64,000 bases of DNA, taken from positions 64,001-128,000 of IMG/VR virus record IMGVR_UViG_3300042539_000280, one strand, 5' to 3'. Shown piece by piece: positions 30,811-39,317 of the stretch (the first letter of the stretch is position 1; every line of letters begins with the position of its first letter). Below the pieces are notes generated by a model that ran no database searches, was not told the origin of the DNA, and saw only the letters and a program-made list of their open reading frames with translations. The translations under genes were made by a program, and so were the position numbers. Source of the stretch: a virus.

Positions 30811-31508
30811 TTTGTTGGATTGATTTCCGCCGGTGTCGGTGCAATATAGGTATTCAGAATATTATCAGCCATTTCTTCTCTCAACTTCTGATATGCCTGA
30901 ATGAGAAGATTATCATCTTTTTTCTCAATAGGTGTTTCAAGCACCCAACCACTATTCAGAAACTTGTTCTTACGATATATCTGATCTGGGTTATTAAGTT
31001 GCTTATTGTTCCACTTGAGAACCTTATTCTTGATACAGTCAAAGGTCTCACGGTTGATATAGAGTTTATCTTCCTCAGGAACATATGACACACGGCAATG
31101 CTTATAGTCAAAGTGTGCTAATAGTTCCTCACGGGTCTCATACTTGGTGAGAATATACTGTGCGTCTGTTTTAGCATTATTAATAACGTCAAGAATGTTT
31201 GTATTGTGCATATACGACATCATTTCAGATCGACGCCATTCACCCTTTTCGACCATACGGACTTGCGCCATCGCCGAAGCACTATGATATCCCTCGGTCA
31301 AGTGGTTATAAACATCAACATCATTATTCAATACAAAGATATCAATATCTTTGAAAGGTTTGTTTTGCATAACGCTTGTAAAGAAACCACCAGCAATTAC
31401 CACGTTGCGAGTGATTCCATTCCATAGAAGGGAACGGGCGTTGATTTGAGATTTGATTGCTCTCTTGGATTCTTCAATAACACTGACTTCTTCATTATTA
31501 AACATCAT
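30807..31508 (-). CDS. Nucleotidyltransferase-superfamily protein (polyA polymerase/CCA head-like)
   Basis: VIAGGFF.......KDIDIF (GG...DxD) and FDYKHC motifs. Confidence 0.6.
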   Translation of the reverse strand: MMFNNEEVSVIEESKRAIKSQINARSLLWNGITRNVVIAGGFFTSVMQNKPFKDIDIFVLNNDVDVYNHLTEGYHSASAMAQVRMVEKGEWRRSEMMSYMHNTNILDVINNAKTDAQYILTKYETREELLAHFDYKHCRVSYVPEEDKLYINRETFDCIKNKVLKWNNKQLNNPDQIYRKNKFLNSGWVLETPIEKKDDNLLIQAYQKLREEMADNILNTYIAPTPAEINPTK

Positions 31509-31517
31509 ATCACCATA

Positions 31518-31742
31518 TTAGAGAGGGAGTTGGGAGGTATTTGTTTTCTTGAGGAAGTGGAGGTCTTCCGCTTCTAACTGGACTTTGGATTTGAGGACAC
31601 CGGACACCAACTTGGCGGCCATTTCTACCTCGAATCCGTTTGCTTCGCAATACATAACGATTGCATCAATATACGGTATGTCTTTCATATAGACCATCTC
31701 CTCAATGGCCATGGAAAAGTTATTGATATCTTCGGCGTTCAT
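31518..31742 (-). CDS. Late transcription coactivator gp33
   Basis: FS..IE..V....I.YIDAIV.YCE.N..EVE..AKL....LKSK...EA..L.FL. Confidence 0.88.
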   Translation of the reverse strand: MNAEDINNFSMAIEEMVYMKDIPYIDAIVMYCEANGFEVEMAAKLVSGVLKSKVQLEAEDLHFLKKTNTSQLPL

Positions 31743-31751
31743 TCTATATCC

Positions 31752-32375
31752 TTACCAATTTAAGATTAGTTCACTTGTTGTATTCTTTCTGAGGACACCT
31801 CTAGGAAAGAAGTCAAACACTAAACAATAAAGAGTTTCATTTGATTCATTGATATCTGCGGAATGATTGATATTGGACGGAAAAAATATTAGTTTATTTG
31901 TTTCGGGAATTACATCATATGCTTTGCAATTGAATAAGTTCCAATTATTGATCAATAATTCAATGGTAGGAGGAGGTTGTTCGGGTCTATGTAAGTTCAA
32001 TTTACTACTACCATTCTTATCTACACTTAGATATAACAAACCTGTAAATATAGATTGAGCATGATAATGTGAACCAGCAAAATCACCGGGTTTCATTTTG
32101 ATTGCCCAAGCCGTTTTTAGATCCATAACAAAATTAGGATCCGTCAAATCTAATCCTAGAACCTCTCGTGCATATATGTCTGCTACCTTTTTTATGTCAT
32201 CAAAAAGGTCCATAAAGAAAGGATCATTGTGTATTTTCTTAGAAACTGAATACTCACAACATCCGTCATTAGTAGACTCGAAAGGAAGATTTCTAACATA
32301 CTCTAGCACATTAGACCCTACATTGTCAAGAGTTGTTTCTAAGATAGGTGTTGAAAATATGCCCGTGACTTGCAT
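31752..32375 (-). CDS. 2OG-Fe(II) oxygenase-like protein (TIGR02466-type)
   Basis: FSTPI N-terminus, AW.....GD....HYH..S.FTG..Y, P....LIFFPS...H. Confidence 0.75.
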   Translation of the reverse strand: MQVTGIFSTPILETTLDNVGSNVLEYVRNLPFESTNDGCCEYSVSKKIHNDPFFMDLFDDIKKVADIYAREVLGLDLTDPNFVMDLKTAWAIKMKPGDFAGSHYHAQSIFTGLLYLSVDKNGSSKLNLHRPEQPPPTIELLINNWNLFNCKAYDVIPETNKLIFFPSNINHSADINESNETLYCLVFDFFPRGVLRKNTTSELILNW

Positions 32376-32381
32376 GGAATA

Positions 32382-32576
32382 TTACACAAACATTCCAAAG
32401 ATGCCAGAGAGGATAGAGATTGTGATAGCAGAGGCGATAGTGATTTCGATTACTCCTGTAGCCCAGTATCCTAGAATAGCACCAAGAAACAAACCTGCAA
32501 AGGCACAGATATAGACATTGGTGGATAGTGCGAAGTTAAACTCACGCATACCAGTGTATTTGTCTTTCTCACTCAT
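32382..32576 (-). CDS. Small two-TM membrane protein
   Basis: 64 aa with two hydrophobic segments; AAGGA SD. Confidence 0.55.
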   Translation of the reverse strand: MSEKDKYTGMREFNFALSTNVYICAFAGLFLGAILGYWATGVIEITIASAITISILSGIFGMFV

Positions 32577-32596
32577 AATATAATCCTTTCATGATA

Positions 32597-32900
32597 AGCG
32601 GGCCCGTTCTGTTTCGAGGTGGAGCCCATACCCAAAGGGTTACGCTGCTAGAGCGAAAGCCTCATATGCATTGTTATCGTTTGCATTTACGATTTGCTTT
32701 CGATCTCCTTACGACCTTACTGAATCCTGTCGAACCTGAATCGCCCCCATCATAAACAGAGGACTCTCCATGCCTTCTCGGTGATCAATCCGATATCTCA
32801 CTTCATAGAGCCAGCGTCCTGTTCCTCTGTTTATGGTGGAGGCGGTGGGAACTGCCCCCACGTCCAAGAAGCCTATATTCCGTCTCTCAACGATCTAAGC
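32597..32900 (-). ncRNA. ssrA: Circularly permuted (two-piece) tmRNA, alphaproteobacterial type; tag ANDNNAYEAFALAA
   Basis: Minus strand order: acceptor piece with T-arm GTGGG-GGCAGTT-CCCAC and CGCCTCC-A-CCA ending at 32834; 85-nt intervening segment; coding piece starting GGGGGCGA at 32748 (G3.U70 alanine identity pair); tag frame 32684-32640 ending TAA. Outer ends are approximate. Confidence 0.93.
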
Positions 32901-32904
32901 ATGG

Positions 32905-32935
32905 TATTTATAGCACATTTATGTCAGATTGTCAA
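32905..32935 (-). promoter_or_regulatory. Composite promoter for tmRNA: sigma70 TTGACA-17-TATAAA overlapping the T4 late motif TATAAATA
   Basis: Minus strand reads TTGACAatctgacataaatgtgcTATAAATA immediately upstream of the acceptor piece. Confidence 0.7.
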
Positions 32936-33521
32936 TAGCATTATCATTATAATAACTGAACCACCCGGTATAGATATACTTTTCCTGAGTTGGTGAAGTA
33001 ATACCTCTATGGGTAAATGTCCAATCAGCAGGCCAGATTATGGTCAATCCTTTTTCTGGTCTAATTTTTATTTTTTGGTGATAAAATCCTGTTTCGCCTT
33101 GATCCGTAACATCATTAAGATATGTAATAAAAACCAAATGTCTTGAACTCATAGGACGACTATAACAAGCCCTTTCGGAATGCCATCCGTGATAACCTCC
33201 GCCTGGAGGATAATATTGTAAATTTCCAGTTTCTACTGTTTTCCAAGGGTCGGAACAATTACAATAAGGATATTTTTCAATATACAAATCAATACACTTT
33301 TGTAATTCATCATTATAGATTTTAGATATGGTAGGATCTTCCAATTTGCAATCTATACTGTCTTTCATAGACTTATTAACAATTGCATATTCTCCAGAAA
33401 GACCTTGCCATTTATTGGAGGTATTCTTATGATAATCTATCATAAGGTCGCAAACTTGTTTGCTAATATACCATCCACATATAAAGTTATCAAACTGATT
33501 TATAAAGTGTTCTCGTAACAT
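32919..33521 (-). CDS. 2OG-Fe(II) oxygenase
   Basis: LQYYPPGGGYHGWHSE...RHLVFITYLNDV...GETGF...P.KG..IIWPA.WTFTHRG. Confidence 0.88.
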   Translation of the reverse strand: MLREHFINQFDNFICGWYISKQVCDLMIDYHKNTSNKWQGLSGEYAIVNKSMKDSIDCKLEDPTISKIYNDELQKCIDLYIEKYPYCNCSDPWKTVETGNLQYYPPGGGYHGWHSERACYSRPMSSRHLVFITYLNDVTDQGETGFYHQKIKIRPEKGLTIIWPADWTFTHRGITSPTQEKYIYTGWFSYYNDNAIDNLT

Positions 33522-33584
33522 TATTATTCCGTATGTATTTCATTCTCAAACTCCTCAATCCAAGGACCAGTTACCTTTTCTTCT

Positions 33585-33713
33585 TTAATTGCACGGATTT
33601 GACGTTCGGTCTCTGGCGAGACATTCGAGGAACTTAGCATTGTCACCGACACTATTACAACCAGCGATACCAAGACTAAGAAACACCAAGGCGATTAGAT
33701 AAAACTTTTTCAT
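33585..33713 (-). CDS. Small lipoprotein (42 aa), not in the ORF track
   Basis: MKKFYLIALVFLSLGIAGC|NSVGDNAKFLECLARDRTSNPCN; lipobox IAGC; GGAGG SD. Confidence 0.6.
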   Translation of the reverse strand: MKKFYLIALVFLSLGIAGCNSVGDNAKFLECLARDRTSNPCN

Positions 33714-33913
33714 TTGAATACCTCCCAAAACTCTTTCATTGCTAATTCGTAGTCCAATACCAATTCTTTACCTTCTGCCAGTGTATCAACAATCTGTAAT
33801 AGTTTGATACCAGCAGGATCATTTTCAAGATAGGCAAAGCGACCATCTTCGGTAGCAGCACATGCCACATAGTTGTCATCCGATATATAGCAAGTTTTAG
33901 TAGCCTGTTTCAT
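33710..33913 (-). CDS. Hypothetical protein
   Basis: 67-aa ORF overlapping its neighbours in an operon-like arrangement. Confidence 0.5.
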   Translation of the reverse strand: MKQATKTCYISDDNYVACAATEDGRFAYLENDPAGIKLLQIVDTLAEGKELVLDYELAMKEFWEVFK

Positions 33914-34571
33914 CCCTGAATTGCCTTATTTTTCGTGCCAACTCTGGTATATAATCTCTGCGGTTCTTGACAAACACCTGAGGTGGTTCATGGTCGACCG
34001 AGATCAAAACCACGATTTGCTTACACTGAATACCTGTCATTTCTTCATACATCAAGGAATAACAGGTACATTGTTCAAAGTAATTTAGAATCCACTCCTC
34101 TTTCTTTGGTTTCAGAGAAGTTTTGAAGTCAATAATAGAAGGGACGCCATCAAACTCGGCAATACAGTCCACTTGGCCAGCGAGACCAACTGTCTCTGAA
34201 TAGAGCATAGTTTCCAGATAGTGAACATTATCAATCCTGTCAATAGTAGGGCGGATATCCAGAAATGCATGTTGCATGTCTGGCATTACATCTTCTTCTG
34301 TGAGGAATCCTGTCTGATTAGAGAGATAAGATTCCATAAGAGAATGGAATTTTGTACCTCTGCGGCTTGCTCGTGCCGAGATTTTGTTCGCTTCTTCTTC
34401 CCCGACTTTTTTGCGCCACTTCTGTATGCTGTCTCCTTTGAAATGAGATAGAAAAGTAGTAACCGACGGGAGTTTAGTACCGTTTGGTGAAACGTAGTAT
34501 CGTTTTCCATTGTGTTCCTGTCTTTCAAGTGTGCATAATGTATCTGTGTTTATATGGGTAAATGTTTTCAC
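33897..34571 (-). CDS. PD-(D/E)XK exonuclease
   Basis: R.Y..P.G..LPSVTT.L...W...VG...RGTKFH...E..LYS....AGQVDCIAE.....IIDFKTS...YF.Q...Y. Confidence 0.88.
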   Translation of the reverse strand: MKTFTHINTDTLCTLERQEHNGKRYYVSPNGTKLPSVTTFLSHFKGDSIQKWRKKVGEEEANKISARASRRGTKFHSLMESYLSNQTGFLTEEDVMPDMQHAFLDIRPTIDRIDNVHYLETMLYSETVGLAGQVDCIAEFDGVPSIIDFKTSLKPKKEEWILNYFEQCTCYSLMYEEMTGIQCKQIVVLISVDHEPPQVFVKNRRDYIPELARKIRQFRDETGY

Positions 34572-35071
34572 AATAAACTAAACTTGAACGCAATACTTTC
34601 CCGTTGCGTCTTACAATATACGGTTGGTTCCAATGGACAATGCCATAGATCCGATCTAAAAAGAATTGCAGAATTAGATTCTGGCCAATAAGATTCAATA
34701 TTATCACCATTCTTTATCATAAGATGGCCTCCATATTCGGGTTTCCAATTTTCGTGTATATAATATACCAAAGAGTATTCACAACCAGGTATATCTTGAT
34801 GAAACATGCCGCATTGACCGTGTGCTTGTCCATTAGCATAAACACGAGAAATTTCTATCTTTTTAGCAAGAAACTCCTCTATTTTATACGAAAAGAGGTT
34901 TTTTATTCTAATAGATTTCATTAGGTCTTTGAACCAGAATGTTCTGGTTTCAGGTGTTGATTGACTATATCCTTCCAACGACCAATTATACTTATTACAT
35001 TCCATAATAAGTCCATTTCTTTCATCGTCTGTTAGAAAGTTTTTCCATGCTATAATCTGTTCCATCAGCAA
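34568..35071 (-). CDS. 2OG-Fe(II) oxygenase
   Basis: RVYANGQ..GQ.G.FHQD...YY...W...YGG...LWH...RESIAFK. Confidence 0.85.
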   Translation of the reverse strand: MLMEQIIAWKNFLTDDERNGLIMECNKYNWSLEGYSQSTPETRTFWFKDLMKSIRIKNLFSYKIEEFLAKKIEISRVYANGQAHGQCGMFHQDIPGCEYSLVYYIHENWKPEYGGHLMIKNGDNIESYWPESNSAILFRSDLWHCPLEPTVYCKTQRESIAFKFSLL

Positions 35072-35337
35072 CCCACGTCCTGGTCTTTTTCTTCAATGGC
35101 ATGTTTTGCCCAGTTACCAAAGAAACCACGAGCAAATTTCCATTCGTGTGCCTTGACACGTTTGGTAAAATCCATTGTGGTCATAGCGATTGGATATCGC
35201 ATGACATCTTGAACACCATTACGGATAACAGCATTGATATATTGGTTTAGGATAAGGTTGGATTCTTCCTTAGTGTATTCGCTCTTATTGAGAGCATCCA
35301 CGAGAGCATTGATTTCATCTTCCACAGAACCGGCCAT
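35065..35337 (-). CDS. Hypothetical protein
   Basis: 90-aa ORF with AGGAG SD, directly downstream of the promoter at 35358-35386. Confidence 0.6.
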   Translation of the reverse strand: MAGSVEDEINALVDALNKSEYTKEESNLILNQYINAVIRNGVQDVMRYPIAMTTMDFTKRVKAHEWKFARGFFGNWAKHAIEEKDQDVGC

Positions 35338-35357
35338 AATATAACTCCTATTCTATT

Positions 35358-35396
35358 ATTATATAGTAAAGGGCCGAGGAAGTCAACCCTCGGCCC
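35358..35396 (-). promoter_or_regulatory. sigma70 promoter (TTGACT-17-TATAAT) embedded in a terminator-like hairpin after phoH
   Basis: GGGCCGAGG-gTTGACTt-CCTCGGCCC-TTTAC; the -35 sits in the loop and the -10 is at 35363-35358. Confidence 0.75.
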
Positions 35397-35403
35397 GATA
35401 CCT

Positions 35404-36120
35404 TTATAGTCCCATTTCCGTTTTCTGAATAATATATTCCTTGACAACACCAGAACGGACAATATCCTCAATTGCAAATTCAATATGGTCGAATGATGGC
35501 ATACGGCGAGTAATGGCCATCAATTCTTTGATACCAGTCTTGTCATGTGGTTTGTGCAAATCAGTCTGACGATAATCTCCGGAGAATATAATCTTTGAGT
35601 TATTACCAATACGGGTCATAACGGTATCAATTTCGGAGAATGTCATGTTTTCGCACTCGTCAACAATGATGATTGAGTCATTGAAGGTCATACCACGCAA
35701 GAAGGAGGTGGTAGTAAATTCAACGAGGTTCTTTATCTTCAAAATCTTATAACCATCACCACGACCGAATAGGTCGTCACAAATCTCTTGGTAAGGTTGT
35801 TCATAAACTTCCGCTTTTTGTTTCTCTGTTCCGGGCAAGAAACCCATATCACGAGACGGTACGACCGAACGGATGATAACAACCTTTTTATATATGTCGT
35901 TTTCTAAAACCTCCTTTAGAGCAAGATATGTTGACAGAAACGTTTTACCAGTTCCTGCATAACCATGTAGCATGAGATTTTTACCAGCATAATAAGCATC
36001 AAAGACATTCTGTTGATTGACTGTTAGAGGTTGAATGTGTCTGAGTTCAAAATGGTTTTTCTCGGCATGGTTTTCACCATGGTGCTGTTGGTTATTGTTT
36101 CTTCTGGATTTACGAGACAT
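35404..36120 (-). CDS. phoH: PhoH-like ATPase
   Basis: GYAGTGKTFL Walker A, RSVVPSRDMGFLPG, SFLRGMTF...IIVDE..N, GDYRQTDL, DIVRSG. Start set at 36120 (AAGG SD) rather than 36273. Confidence 0.93.
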   Translation of the reverse strand: MSRKSRRNNNQQHHGENHAEKNHFELRHIQPLTVNQQNVFDAYYAGKNLMLHGYAGTGKTFLSTYLALKEVLENDIYKKVVIIRSVVPSRDMGFLPGTEKQKAEVYEQPYQEICDDLFGRGDGYKILKIKNLVEFTTTSFLRGMTFNDSIIIVDECENMTFSEIDTVMTRIGNNSKIIFSGDYRQTDLHKPHDKTGIKELMAITRRMPSFDHIEFAIEDIVRSGVVKEYIIQKTEMGL

Positions 36121-36161
36121 ATATTTACCTTTATCGTTACTGTTATTCACTGTCTCATAAC

Positions 36162-36198
36162 AAAAAGAGGTCGATGCCTTTTTACGGGCACGACCTCT
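36162..36198 (-). terminator. Intrinsic terminator upstream of phoH
   Basis: AGAGGTCG-TGCC...GGCA-T-CGACCTCT followed by TTTTG on the minus strand. Confidence 0.65.
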
Positions 36199-36229
36199 AA
36201 ACTTTTTAGATGGAGGATTTTCTGACAGA

Positions 36230-36493
36230 TTATATCTCCTTGGGAATGTCCCAGCGTTTACTCGCAACCGCATCGGCTTGTGGTACCGCCGACTTGATAC
36301 GGCCTAGAACATACTTTTGAAAATCTGCTGGAGGTTTGGTGATACCGACGTTTACAGGATCCACCATTGTAAAGTTACGGAGGACCTGTGATAAATGTGG
36401 ATTATTCTTCTCGTATTCATCACGTTCTGCAATGGTCATGGTATTGGTGTGTTCTTCACCTGTCTCTTTATTCATCCATGTATAATTAGGCAT
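36230..36493 (-). CDS. FmdB-like small protein (Cys-less)
   Basis: MPNYTWMNKETGE...MTIAE...NPHL; D.FQKYVL.RIK. Confidence 0.6.
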   Translation of the reverse strand: MPNYTWMNKETGEEHTNTMTIAERDEYEKNNPHLSQVLRNFTMVDPVNVGITKPPADFQKYVLGRIKSAVPQADAVASKRWDIPKEI

Positions 36494-36687
36494 TATGCAT
36501 TATCCTTTGGGTCATATGCTTTGTTATTCTTGATCCCACCATTCATATTAGCACCTAGAAAATGTGGTGCTGATAGTAGTTTCTCAAGTTCTGGATGATT
36601 CTCTAAAAATTCATCCAGTTCGGAGATGGACATGAATACATCGAATGTCTCTCCGGTTTGTTTATCACGAAACGAATATGTTGGCAT
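36493..36687 (-). CDS. FmdB-like small protein (Cys-less), tandem paralogue
   Basis: MPTYSFRDKQTGETF..FMSISE...HPEL..LLSAP. Confidence 0.6.
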   Translation of the reverse strand: MPTYSFRDKQTGETFDVFMSISELDEFLENHPELEKLLSAPHFLGANMNGGIKNNKAYDPKDNA

Positions 36688-36699
36688 TATAAATCCTAT

Positions 36700-37263
36700 T
36701 TAGTTGAATTGTGCTACAAAACAATATCTATATGGATAAGATGATAAAGAAATTGGTGCTGGCTTATGCATTAGACTATTATCAAATACCACTATTCGAT
36801 TAGGTCTAAACTCTACGGCCATTTCGACTTCACCTTTAGAATTACAGAATAATGTTTCTCCGCCCCAATCTTTATCCCATTTATTGTTCACATAATATAA
36901 TAGGGTCTTTCTACTCTTACCATCATACTTCATATCATCAGAATGAAAATGATATTGCGACATATGAGTTGATAGAACAACCCATGAGTTTTTCAATGTG
37001 GTGAAATGTTTTTGGAGAGGTAAGATATTGGTGCTATTGAATAGGCCAAAGTTATCCAAATCTTCATTTGAGAATTGACACCTTAGAAAACTGTCTCTTT
37101 CCATCTGCAAGACGGTGAAAGAGACTGACCCTACTTTATAGTATGAGGTTTCTACGAAACTCTGGAATTTGAAAATCTCATAATCTTCAAAAACGTTATC
37201 ATAGATGAATATATTTTCACCCGTTGATAACGTTCTTATTGTTTCTATCATCCTGTAATCCAC
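36700..37263 (-). CDS. 2OG-Fe(II) oxygenase
   Basis: FHSD...TLLYYVN..W...WGGETLF...PNRIVVFD...HK...YR. Confidence 0.85.
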   Translation of the reverse strand: MDYRMIETIRTLSTGENIFIYDNVFEDYEIFKFQSFVETSYYKVGSVSFTVLQMERDSFLRCQFSNEDLDNFGLFNSTNILPLQKHFTTLKNSWVVLSTHMSQYHFHSDDMKYDGKSRKTLLYYVNNKWDKDWGGETLFCNSKGEVEMAVEFRPNRIVVFDNSLMHKPAPISLSSYPYRYCFVAQFN

Positions 37264-37814
37264 TCAGGAGGCTTACGGTTCTTCCACTTGTGAAGATGTG
37301 CCTTGCCATACTTATAATAGTTTCGATAGTTCTCCATCGGAAACTGTGATATGATATATTTAGGATCCATGGCACTTGGAGGTGGAGTCATATAGTCAGT
37401 ATGTATAATTTTTCCTGGAAGAACCTCTAGCATATCAAGCAGGCCAGATGACTCAACTTTATGGATTTTACCATAGCGGTGGGTATATTCGTCACAATGT
37501 TCTTTGAGATACTGCCAGGTCCAGGCATAGTTATGACTATTATCACGGCACCAGATAGCACAAGGATGATTGATATGTGTAGCCTTATACAGCATAGTGT
37601 TACGCATATCATTCACAGATGGAAATTCATATCTGGTATGGTTACGCACCTTACCAGACGCAAGAGTCCGCTCCTCGATGATTGGTGTACCATCGAGGAT
37701 ACGGTGTGCGGTAGATAGCAACTGCGCCGCTTCGAGGATCATCTTGACACAATGCGAGTCAACGGACCACTCGGCACACTTTTGAGGATCAGGGTCAATA
37801 TAAAACAGGTTCAT
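37248..37814 (-). CDS. Pyrimidine-dimer DNA glycosylase/DenV-like family protein
   Basis: MNLFYID.DP..CA...D.H.VKMILEAAQLLSTAHR...YKATHINHPC.IW...EYT.RYGK.H...YRNYY...W..R..PEW. Confidence 0.8.
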   Translation of the reverse strand: MNLFYIDPDPQKCAEWSVDSHCVKMILEAAQLLSTAHRILDGTPIIEERTLASGKVRNHTRYEFPSVNDMRNTMLYKATHINHPCAIWCRDNSHNYAWTWQYLKEHCDEYTHRYGKIHKVESSGLLDMLEVLPGKIIHTDYMTPPPSAMDPKYIISQFPMENYRNYYKYGKAHLHKWKNRKPPEWITG

Positions 37815-38935
37815 AGGTCTCTATCACCTTTCCAAAATGCCACGACAACAGGGAAACGGAGTTTACCGTCATCAGTCTTATTCTGATACCGTATCGTTAC
37901 GCTTGTATATCCATAATCATTATACAACAGGTCATGCAACGTGTCAAACGAGCCTCGCACTCCCGCAAACTGTGTGGTTCCGTCTTTCAAACGGATTTCA
38001 ATCCGCTTTACAGCATCGGCCCAGTTACCTTTACCTTCTTCCATAGAGACGATTTCAAATTCATCGTCCTCAAATTCCTTATGCTTGATAAGGTTCTTAG
38101 AACGCTTACCTTCATAAGATGAGTCGATAACACGAAGCATTTGACCTTCATATCCACTTTCAAGATATTCGCCGAGCATCATTTCAATGTCATGTTCATC
38201 CTGAATATTGGAGGTCTTTACAGCCTGAACAATCGGATAATAACGATTACCAAAAGAGTTGCCTCGGCTAATATGACTATTGATAAAGGAAAGCCGATCA
38301 ATGAACGGACCATCCATAATCACATCATACACATGATACTGAACCAACTTTGAGGCTTCGATATAGTCTTTTGTTTCAGGCTTAGTCTTACGAACAAGCG
38401 AGATAATCTTTTCGAAGTTGTCTCTTAGTTCATGGTTATACAGTTCACCATCTAACACGGCATCAGGAAATGCCTGAAAGAGCGGATCAAGTGCCTCAAG
38501 AATATGAGGACAAGAAACAATCGGCTTGCCATTGCGTGACTGCATACCATCTTTAGAGATAAGGCAGCGAACACCATCAAGTTTCGGCTGTGAGAAATAC
38601 GGGAACTTGTTATGCTTCTTCGGATCATACTTGTCGGCCAACATGCACTCAAAGAATTTAGCACCAAAGTAAATAGACTCACCAACAGAGGTGTGATATT
38701 TACCCTGGTTCTGTTTCTTTGTATATTCAGCATCAACCTCGGCCTTCACCTGCTCGGCAACAGTCGTCGCATTAGAACGACCAACGTTCTTGGCCTCAGG
38801 ATACTGCCAACCAGAAACTACAATCTTGCCACCTTCGATGCCAGAATGTGTGCGATACTTTTCGTTATCGTATTCCATCCACCAGACACGAGTTTTGCCC
38901 GTGGTGTCGATCTTGTAGAGTTTGTCGGCGTTCAT
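37811..38935 (-). CDS. ATP-dependent DNA ligase (gp30-like)
   Basis: QPKLDGVRC (motif I), LDGELY, YHVYD, GYEGQMLR, KRSKNLIKHK, GKLRFP. Confidence 0.93.
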   Translation of the reverse strand: MNADKLYKIDTTGKTRVWWMEYDNEKYRTHSGIEGGKIVVSGWQYPEAKNVGRSNATTVAEQVKAEVDAEYTKKQNQGKYHTSVGESIYFGAKFFECMLADKYDPKKHNKFPYFSQPKLDGVRCLISKDGMQSRNGKPIVSCPHILEALDPLFQAFPDAVLDGELYNHELRDNFEKIISLVRKTKPETKDYIEASKLVQYHVYDVIMDGPFIDRLSFINSHISRGNSFGNRYYPIVQAVKTSNIQDEHDIEMMLGEYLESGYEGQMLRVIDSSYEGKRSKNLIKHKEFEDDEFEIVSMEEGKGNWADAVKRIEIRLKDGTTQFAGVRGSFDTLHDLLYNDYGYTSVTIRYQNKTDDGKLRFPVVVAFWKGDRDL

Positions 38936-38938
38936 TGC

Positions 38939-39313
38939 TTAACATCCTTCGTCGGATATGATTTCTAAACCAACATCGGGACCGAAGTTGATTTCTCTGC
39001 TAATTTGTTCTTCCCGATGTTTAACACTATCGAAGATAAAACGCAACTTGTTTTCTGTTGGCCAGAAACTTAGATAAGCGTTTTCACGATCAAATAGTTC
39101 CAGATATTCTTTCTCCGTGATAACACGATGGGAAAAGATATCTTCCGCAATATGATTCTGTGATACTTCTTCTAGTTTGTCTTGATAAGTTCCGGCTGTA
39201 ATAGCGTCGGTCACATCATCAAGAGCATAATCATTTGGCTCACTATCAGGTAGTCGCACAACATATGTGTGGCGGAATGTGGAAACAGTTTCGACTAGGA
39301 CAAGTTTGGACAT
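38939..39313 (-). CDS. Hypothetical protein
   Basis: LVLVETVSTFRHTYVV...SQ.HI.E.I.S.R...EYL.LFD..N.YL..W; GGAG SD. Confidence 0.65.
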   Translation of the reverse strand: MSKLVLVETVSTFRHTYVVRLPDSEPNDYALDDVTDAITAGTYQDKLEEVSQNHIAEDIFSHRVITEKEYLELFDRENAYLSFWPTENKLRFIFDSVKHREEQISREINFGPDVGLEIISDEGC

Positions 39314-39317
39314 TATA

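Noticed and set aside
32834-32865. Stand-alone tRNA gene or attP remnant
   Set aside because: There is no anticodon or D arm upstream; it pairs with the downstream GGGGGCG and belongs to the permuted tmRNA
32781-32996. 71-aa plus-strand ORF
   Set aside because: Antisense to the tmRNA and its promoter, with no recognisable protein features
33897-34571. Exonuclease as Cas4/CRISPR component
   Set aside because: It is the common T4-like PD-(D/E)XK exonuclease, lacks the four-Cys Fe-S pattern, and has no array nearby
36121-36273. N-terminal extension of PhoH in the ORF track
   Set aside because: It crosses a terminator hairpin and the upstream gene; the SD supports a start at 36120
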